Notes under the pieces: model-generated
What the model was told of the DNA's origin: nothing
Databases searched by the model: none
What the model saw: only the letters and a program-made list of their open reading frames with translations
DNA from: Octopus sinensis
Lineage: Eukaryota
Direction of reading: 5' to 3'
Length of the DNA: 64,000 nt
NCBI RefSeq assembly: GCF_006345805.1
Contig: NC_043001.1
Location: 111,476,001-111,540,000 of the forward strand
Translations under genes and position numbers: made by a program
Part shown: positions 55,067-64,000 of the stretch, one piece after another
Position numbering within the stretch: position 1 is the stretch's first letter
How the letters are laid out: every line of letters begins with the position of its first letter

Positions 55067-55115
<49 letters not shown>

Positions 55116-55126
55116 TATATATACAT

Positions 55127-55180
<54 letters not shown>

Positions 55181-55881
55181 TATTATTTATTTATCATAGG
55201 GACATTATAGTCGCTCTCTTTTCAATTGTTAATACTTAAATGGTGTCTTCAGAAAAACGAAATTACTCCTTATTCAAAATTCGAAAGAGAACTTCAAAAC
55301 TTGAAGCGTTTTATATTTAAAGAAAGTCACATTATGAAAAACTATTTTTTTCTCTATATTATCAGATGGCACTTTTCATTATTAATTTCTTTTTCATCAT
55401 GAGTTATTTTCTCAATTTTCTTTCTCGCTTTTGTTCTAAGTGTATTTGTTTGTTTTGCTTTGTACCCGGCGTTCGCTAAATATTTACAAAGAAAATCAGG
55501 CAGAAGTGATGACGTGAAATCGATAGTATGATAAGAGAATCGCAGGAAGAACATGTCTTTTTAGTCTCCTGGGGTGATGGCCACCAATTGGAAAGTTATT
55601 CGTGATTTAACTATTTCGTACTCATCAGCAAAATTGTTACATTTTAGACTATAGCCGAAACACCTCTTCATTCACTAGAAGGAGTCAACAGTCGAGATTC
55701 TATCAAACAGAATTTTACGTGGTCACATTGTGCTACGAACAGCACGATGAGTTTCATCAGATGGAATGCTATAAGAATGAAAATAAGAACGTTTTTCCTA
55801 ATGCAAGCATTGTTACTTTCAGACTCAAAATGCTGGAGATGTCCTGTAGAACACATTTAGGCATAAATCTATTCAATAACG

Positions 55882-56150
55882 GTGGATGCGCAATGGCCCA
55901 GTGGTTAGGGCAGCCGTCACACAGTTGTGAGATCGCGCTTTCGATGCCCAGACCGGCCGTTGTTAGTGTTTATTGAGCGAAAACACCTAAAGCTCCAGGT
56001 GGCTCCTGCAGGGGGTGGGGTGAACCCTGATATACTCTTTGACCACAATTTTCTCTCACTTTTTCTTCCTGTTTTTGTTGTAGGACCACCCATGTCACAC
56101 TCCGTGTCACGTTGAATCTAATCGAGAACTATGTTAAGGGTACACGATAC
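55882..56150 (+). mobile_element. SINE with family C head and a different 3' part
   Basis: GCGCAATGGCCCAGTGGTTAGGGCAGC..TTTATTGAGCGAAAACACCTAAA..TTTCTCTCACT matches 33890-33700, then diverges. Confidence 0.7.
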
Positions 56151-57754
56151 TAGTTTATAAATTGCAGGGTGACATTTCTTGAATCTAGTGTTTGTGATAC
56201 ACACACACCGAGAGTATGTATTTGTGCGTGTGTGCATGCGTGTGTTGGTGTGTGTGTGCGTGTGTGTTATAATGGAACTGATTTGAGTCAAGTGATTATT
56301 ATTTATAAACAACTTCATGATGTACACACATGGAAAGTTAAATTTCACCAATCTTTAACTTAAAACATTTAGCACTTAGTAAATCAACCCAAATCGTTAT
56401 TCAGAACAAGCATGAACAAAGGGATATATTCTATATATCATCTTGAGTTCCAGTCAAACACAAACAATAATTGAAATAGCATCTCACATCAATAGAAATT
56501 TCAGTTTGTCATCAGAGGGAATTTCACGTGAATTGATATCCATTAATTACAACGGCCTGTTAAAATTTTGTAGCATTAGTAACAGAGAACAACCAAAGTA
56601 TAATTTGAACCAATCTTCTCTTCACACTAAGTCTCCAGGAGGACATATGCGAACGTTTTAGTCTTATTTATCTATCAATTTCCAAGAATATGGAAACGTC
56701 ACAGACTCTATAATGTGTATGATGTTGAGTTACACTTTCTTGGAAAAGACAAAACTCAGCATCACACACTGCAACGGAGAAAGAGAACTAATCTACGCAG
56801 GCTTTATCTCAGCCATTCTACTAATCGCAACAACCAAAATCAAACAACTATTCCCGTATTTTGCGTTTGTCGCGCAGTATTTAGTCGGAAGATTATTGCT
56901 GGGAAAACCTTTAAGGACTTCAATAAAATATTAACTTATATGAGCTCTGAGACCAATGGAAAGCTTAACCGACAGGCACCAAATTATCGCGAAACTTCGA
57001 CAGCAGGGTAATTACCTGCCCAGTGTAAAACGTCGTGGTATCCCATAATTTTCGTAATTTATCACTGCACGTATTATATTATGTTGTATCCTTTAACAAC
57101 TGAAACTTTATACAACTGTCGTTGTCGCCGTTTCGAGTGAATTCTTAGTCATTAGTTGTTAACGCGATCTAAATAAATTTAAGTGAGATATTTGTCATCT
57201 TTAACAATAAAGTTGACGAGACGATATAAACGAACGGAAACAGCGAACATTACAATATTGTATTGGCAAAGTGAGATTTTTAACTGCAAAGAAACTACGC
57301 CTATTTAATGTCCTAAAGGTGCTGCACATCCACCAGATATTAGACAACCGATTGAAATCCTACTAGTGGCCCAAAAATGGTTCCAAACCATGATCCGTAA
57401 ACGCAAATAGATACGCCATTCTTTTCTCATAACATAGCAATCACCTTTAATCGCATCAGTTACCGACGAAGTCACATACCATGGTGTAACTCATTATGAA
57501 AATTTTAGTGCGTCATATCTTACGCACAACAAAAGATTGCGTATTTATATATATATATATATATATATCTATACTACTTTACATACATACATAAATACAT
57601 ACATAAATACATACATACATACACGCAAACACACACAGGCACACACTCATATATATATATATATATATAATATATATTATATATATTCCGTATTACTTCA
57701 AGTTTCGAAGCCCCTAACGCACCCTATCTATTCAATCTTGTAAGAATTCGAATG

Positions 57755-57790
<36 letters not shown>

Positions 57791-58331
57791 AGAAGTGTCG
57801 TGTTGATTAATCTTGAAACGTACGTTCTCAAATAACCTTTGCACTTGATTTTTTAATGTCTCTACCCCCATATTTGCGTGAGTTGAATTGAGCAAACACT
57901 ATATGAGAGAGGTTTTCTTTAAGTATTAGAAATAGTTTTAAAAAGTTTTTTTAGCTGCTATTTCTAATGAGTTCAGTATGCGGCAAAGTAATTTATTTTA
58001 CTAAGCCTTTTATATAATGTAATAATTTGAATTCGCCTTAAATGGTCCCTTTGCATACTGAACACTTGGTGAAATTGATTAATTAATTAATTTTACCCTC
58101 AATGTTGAAATTATAATTCATCTCTCTCTCAGTAATGCCGCGGATTTTACCGAAAAAAGCATAGTGTTTGCTGATTTTAACCCACGCTGGTGGAAAGGGG
58201 AGGGCAGAAATTCTTCGCTTGCATTTTTGAGTTTTGGTTGGCACTGTTAGTTGCGGCAGATCTCGGAAGCGAGAGGATGCCGAAGGGTATGCTCCTACTT
58301 TCAGTGTTTTCAAATCCAAACCAGGGATTTC

Positions 58332-58383
58332 TGAGCTGATGATAGAAGTGTCGTGTTGACTAATCTTGAAACGTACGTTCTCA
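58332..58383 (+). ncRNA. Type I minimal hammerhead ribozyme
   Basis: TGAG CTGATGA [stem II AGA..GTC/GAC..TCT] GAAA CGTACG TT CTCA; palindromic stem III. Confidence 0.75.
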
Positions 58384-58880
58384 AATAACCTTTGCACTAT
58401 GATTTTAATGTCTCTACCCCCATATTTGCGTGAGTTGAATTGAGCAAACACTATATGGAGAGGGTTTTCTTTAAGTATTAGAAATAGTTTTAAAAAGTTT
58501 TTTTAGCTGCTATTTCTAATGAGTTCAGTATGCGGCAAAGTATTTTATTTTACTAAGCCCTTTTATATAATTTAATATTTGATTCGCCTTAAATGGTCCC
58601 TTTGCCTACTGAACACTTGGTGAAATTGATTAATTAATTAATTTTACCCTCAATTGTTTGAAATTATAATTCATCTCTCTCTATATAATGCCGCGGATTT
58701 TACCGAAAAAACATAGTGTTTGCTGATTTCCCCCACGCTGGTGGAAAGGGGAGGGCAGAAATTCTTCGCTTGCATTTTTGAGTTTGTTGGCACTGTTAGT
58801 TCGAGCAGATCTTCGGACGCGAGAGGAGGCCGAAAGGTATGCTCCTACTTTCAGTGTTTTCAATCCAAACCAGGGAGTTC

Positions 58881-58933
58881 TGAGCTGATGATAGAAGTGC
58901 GTGTTGACTAATCTTGAAACGTACGTTCTCTCA
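58881..58933 (+). ncRNA. Type I minimal hammerhead ribozyme, next unit
   Basis: TGAG CTGATGA ... GAAA CGTACG TT CTC. Confidence 0.7.
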
Positions 58934-59288
58934 AATAACCTTTGCACTTGATTTTTTAATGTCTCTACCCCCATATTTGCGTGAGTTGAATTGAGCAAAC
59001 ACTATATGAGAGAGGTTTTCTTTAAGTATTAGAAATAGTTTTAAAAAGTTTTTTTAGCTGCTATTTCTAATGAGTTCAGTATGCGGCAAAGTAATTTATT
59101 TTACTAAGCCCTTTTATATAATGTAATAATTTGAATTCGCCTTAAATGGTCCCTTTGCATACTGAACACTTGGTGAAATTGATTAATTAATTAATTTTAC
59201 CCTCAATTGTTGAAATTAATATATATATTATATATATGCGTGTGTGTGTAAGTATGTTTATGTATATATATATATATATATATATATC

Positions 59289-59327
<39 letters not shown>

Positions 59328-59624
59328 ATACATGTAAAGGTATATTTAATATAGATATACGCATATACACATATACACATGTATATGTACGAGTGTGTAA
59401 TATGTGCGAGTGCGTGTGCGTGCGTGTTTTTGCATGTGTGTGTTCTTGTCTGTATGCTAGTTTGTGCGTGAGAGTGTAAAATAGTAAAATATATTAATAG
59501 TGTGCAGTGAACTTACAACGACACATATTGATTAGGGAAAATTAATGAGAAGCAGCATAATATTACTTCCACCTTGGAGGATATGAAACTGATCTCTATC
59601 ATTATTTTCTCTTCTTTCAACTTT

Positions 59625-59657
59625 TCCCTGAAGAAGGATTCTATCCGAAACGTTGGA
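59625..59657 (+). ncRNA. Minimal hammerhead motif
   Basis: TCC CTGAAGA A GGAT-TCT-ATCC GAAA CG TT GGA. Confidence 0.65.
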
Positions 59658-59850
59658 TTTCTCACTCTCCACGGCCAGGTCAGTGGACGCACTTTATCGA
59701 TTTTAGAAAGTCATACAAATCTCTCCTACACAGACAAATAGGAGCTACTTTGAAGTCTATTTATTCGTATTATATATGTACGTGTGTATGTACGTATGTA
59801 TGTATGTATGTATGTATGTATGTATGTATGTATGTATGTATGTATGTATG

Positions 59851-59881
<31 letters not shown>

Positions 59882-59979
59882 TAGATATATATATTATATA
59901 TATAATATAGGGAAATAATCAAAAGTACATACACGCACACATATGCACACACCTAACCAAATATGCGTGGTTGGATAAC

Positions 59980-60020
<41 letters not shown>

Positions 60021-60099
60021 ATGCGTGTTTGCCTGATTGCCAGTATGTCTATTATAATTTGCCCGCCAGATATATAAATTACATATATATATATATATC

Positions 60100-60156
<57 letters not shown>

Positions 60157-60398
60157 TACATATGCATATATATATACATACATAAATACATATATATATA
60201 TATATATATACATATATAAATATATACATACATATATACATACATATATATATATATTATATATATATATATAATATATATATCCTACACACACATACAT
60301 ATATATATTTGGATTAACTTTTATATTATATATAATATATATATATATACCTACACACACATACATATGTTTGGATTAACTTTATATATATATATATA

Positions 60399-60429
<31 letters not shown>

Positions 60430-61128
60430 TATACACGTACGCACACCTACGCAAGCATATACATGTTTACATACAGCTATCAATGTCCTCTGTTTATCGA
60501 ACTAAATCTAATATCATGTGTTTAAATTCTTGCAATATTTCATTGATGACGCTAAAATTAACAAGAAATGTAAGTATTAATGACAAGGCCTTTGTCTATG
60601 TTGTTTATAAGTATTAATTGCATTCTTTATACTTCTGACGATCGATGCGAGTATCTGTTGCAGTTGATTCTCTTAAGAGTCAGATTCCCACCAACATTAT
60701 TGGCGTGAACAACAGCTGTGAAATTCTGCCCCATTCCCGTTTAGTATTCACAATGGCCGGCGTATGAAATCTATTGTCACCCTCTAAATTCCAATCGATT
60801 TATGATTCCCAATTGTAATTGCATACCATTTTCAAAGATTATGATCGAATAGATTTTCCCTTTTATAATGCACTGTCCCGCATCTCTTATGATCTTCTAT
60901 TAGTTTTACATTGCTTTTATACGCCATTTTATATGCAATGAAAGAAACTAAAGCATTTCGATTTTTTATTTAGTCGCTGCCTATTTCACTGTTTTTCTAT
61001 TTCTCTCTCTTTCACGTTCCCCTATATGTTTCTCTGTCCCTGTCTGTCAGTCTGTCTGTCTGTCTCTTTCTCTCTCTCTCTTTCTGTATGAAGCTACACG
61101 CAAGCACATACATACATACACACACACA

Positions 61129-61169
<41 letters not shown>

Positions 61170-61195
61170 GCACTTATACACACATTTATACATGA

Positions 61196-61240
<45 letters not shown>

Positions 61241-61899
61241 TATAGAGAGAGAGAGAGAGAGTTATACGCATATCATATATAAAGACATATATGTATTTAT
61301 GAATTATGTATGTATGTATCTATCTATGTATCTGTCTGTGTGTACATATATATATATGTATATATCATATATAATATATGTATGTATGTGTGTTTGTGTT
61401 TACATGTGTCTGCGTGTATGTCGATATACATGCATCTACGAAGCTCTGCAACACAGTGCAATTACACTGTGCTTCTTTCCGTTACTACAATAAAAGATAC
61501 TGATTCTCATTAAAAAATGATACTGAATTTCCTTGTCGCATGGAGATTTTTGTAGCTGCCTCTCTTCTTCGTTTTATTGTTGATGCACATTTAGTGATAA
61601 ACACATATCCTTGTCTGCAATAAGTTATATTGTGAGAACTATGTAGGAAAGAAGTTCAATTGTTGTTGCATTGAAGCTATACTCCAATTAAAAAGGGAAA
61701 ACGGATATTTACTGCAGAACTACTTGGTAATATGTTTGTATGCACACTCAATGTTTGAAGTGAAGGCTTAGATATTCTGTGTGCCGGCCGGTCATGCGGA
61801 TATATTGTATCGTAAAACTGTATGGGTGTGTTCTTTCTTTAGTTAGAGCTGTGAAGCAATTTAAGCCACCATTTAATACTCCTAATTATTAAGAGTTTG

Positions 61900-62720
61900 A
61901 AATCAATCCTTTATATAAACCCCATGACGCCGATATTTTTCAGCGAATATTTGTATTTGTTTTGTAAAGCAGATATACTCGAAAGGTAACATCTGGAAAA
62001 CCACATTTACACGTGAATTAATTGACATTAGAATTTGTAGTAATTTTAGCCTCCTGGTGTTCATGAAATACCTGTTAGTCGCCAAAAATGTGTCTGATTT
62101 ACAGTGTTTTTCGCTTGAGTTCCAGTCAGAACTGCAAACTTCAGAGAGTAATGTCGATGTGTAGCTGAATAAAATGTCTAGCCTCTAAATTTCCCCCAAT
62201 AAAAAAACACTCTTGCATTTATTTTATGATGTTGAAGGCCTCTTACATTTTGGAAGATACAAGGGCCCATACATTACACGAATATTTTTAATTGTGAATT
62301 TTAGTATAAACACCACGGATGCAGAAGTTTCCTTGAGACTCATTAAGTGTGTCACAAATTTCTGATCAGTTAATTAATAAGTACCCCCACTATATCATTG
62401 TCAAATACTAGCCACGTCTTCCTCGACATGGGGGGAATGCTATAGTGAAATGCATATACCTACTTAGATGCGAGAGGTTAGAAATTGTGTGTATACGAGT
62501 CCATTTATTATACAATTTACGCTAAAACCTTTAGAAATGTAGACAAACCCACGCAAAATTTCAAAAGTTGAGAACCAATTGTGTAACATACATGAAATGA
62601 AACTATCAAAAATATTGAGAAAAGATTCATAAACGTCAATATCAAAATCTGTGAGACTTCCAACCTTATGCAGTTTTTTAGTAGAAATACGAATCTCCTG
62701 TGAAGAAAGAAAATCCTTTT
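61900..62720 (-). pseudogene. Possible highly degenerate L1/Tx1-like RT fragment
   Basis: SVNCIINGLVYTQFLTSR resembles the 'viiNG..s..f...RG' segment preceding the RT QG motif; weak. Confidence 0.35.
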
Positions 62721-63369
62721 CAATTTTATATATGTATGTCAATGTTATATAAAATGAATTCTGTCAGTGTTTGGCTGACTTGAAAAGAAAGAAAATATAG
62801 ATTCAATAGTCAGAGTGCCTTAACTTAAAAATGACTTTGGATTTCTACAATTCTGATTTAGCGGCGTGTATTATTATTTATTTGTGGCATTTTCCCTCTT
62901 GAAATATTGTGTTATATCTAACTTCATGCATTACTGAATTACATGTTTCATGGAAAAGGATGTCGTGACATGACTTTTTTTAGCATGCTAAAAAAAGTAA
63001 TGTCGCTTATAGTCATTTTACGAAGAGCAAAATTATCAGATAAAATATTGATTTCCAATGTTAGTACTAGGCCAGCAATTGCACTGGAGTCAAGTACAAC
63101 GACACCAGTGTTCAACTGGTACTTGCTTCATCAATCTCTAAATGATGAAATGCAAATTTGACCCCGGCGGTGTTTGAACTCAAAGCATAAAGTCGGAAGA
63201 AATGGTTCTAAGCATTGTTTTGGGTGCGTTAAAGATGATGCCATCTTACCGTCTTATTATGCGATAAATCATTAATCTCTGAAATTGGAAATTAGAGATG
63301 GATGTGTTTGAATGAAAGATCAGAATTGAGGATATTTTGAAAACAATAGTAATGTCTTATCGATTTATA

Positions 63370-63760
63370 GGCGTAGGAGCGGCTGTGAGGTAAGTAGTTT
63401 TCTTACGAACCACAAGGTTCCGGGCTCAGTCCCACTGCGTGGCACCTTTGGCAAGTGTCTTCTACTATAGCCTCGGGCTGACCAAAGCCTTGTGAGTGAA
63501 TTTGACAGACGGAATTGGAAAGCCCGTCGTATATATGTATATGTATATATATATGTGTGTGTTTGTGTCTGTGTTTGTCTCCCCAACATCGCTTGACAAA
63601 CGATGCTGGTGTGTTTGTGTTCCCTTACCTTAGCGGTTCGGGAAAAGTGACCTATAGAATATGTACTTGGCTTACGATGAATAAGCCCTGCGGTCGATTT
63701 GCTCGAGTAAAGGCGTTGCTCCAGCAAGGCCGCAGTCACATAACTGAAACAAGTAAAAGA
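63370..63760 (+). mobile_element. tRNA-derived SINE, family A
   Basis: Full-length match to family A. Confidence 0.9.
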
Positions 63761-64000
63761 GCATAAGCTGCAAGGTATGTGTTTCAACGAAAAACATGAA
63801 ACTATAATGAATTTTAGGAGACATGCCATGATTGTATGTGCAATTCGTAATATTTTTGTTCCCTCTTTGTATTGGGTATTGATAACGTGAGTTTTATAAA
63901 CTTCGCCAAGGGAACCAAAGTATAGAAGAAGGATAACTTAAAACGTAACTCATTGAAGACATGCATAGAATATCTCATAATATCATTTTCACACCAGCAT

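Larger units (their letters stand above)
57786..59218 (+). repeat. Tandem array of ~550-bp units (~2.6 copies), each with a hammerhead: retrozyme-like or tandem PLE pseudo-LTR
   Basis: ATGATAGAAG..GAAACGTACGTTCTC recurs at 57786, 58339 and 58888; units near-identical; flanked by (TA)n. Confidence 0.9.

Noticed and set aside
55605-55632. Minus-strand CTGATGA-GTAC-GAAA
   Set aside because: No convincing stem I or stem III; may be chance

Overview
AT-rich, microsatellite-dense eukaryotic DNA with no confidently recognisable host gene. The SINE families suggest an octopus or other coleoid cephalopod (inference). Most ORFs in the supplied track are microsatellite translations. Real coding remnants are: a 5'-truncated, frameshifted R4/Dong-type non-LTR retrotransposon (RT, CCHC knuckle, restriction-like endonuclease; 28.2-31.3 kb) inside a (TAA)n hotspot with three other insertions; mariner and Tc1/maT transposase fragments; and Penelope-like (PLE) endonuclease tails. 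tRNA-derived SINEs, non-autonomous Helitrons and a MITE are also present. The main hidden signal is a dense set of about a dozen type I hammerhead ribozyme (HHR) motifs, found by eye. They occur in a ~550-bp tandem array (retrozyme-like, 57.8-59.2 kb), at the apex or junction of long fold-back inversions (6.0-6.5 kb; 13.6-17.0 kb), downstream of a Pol III tRNA-like head (34.1-34.5 kb), and as a three-copy family with a non-canonical core. Coordinates were counted by hand and ends of degenerate repeats are approximate.
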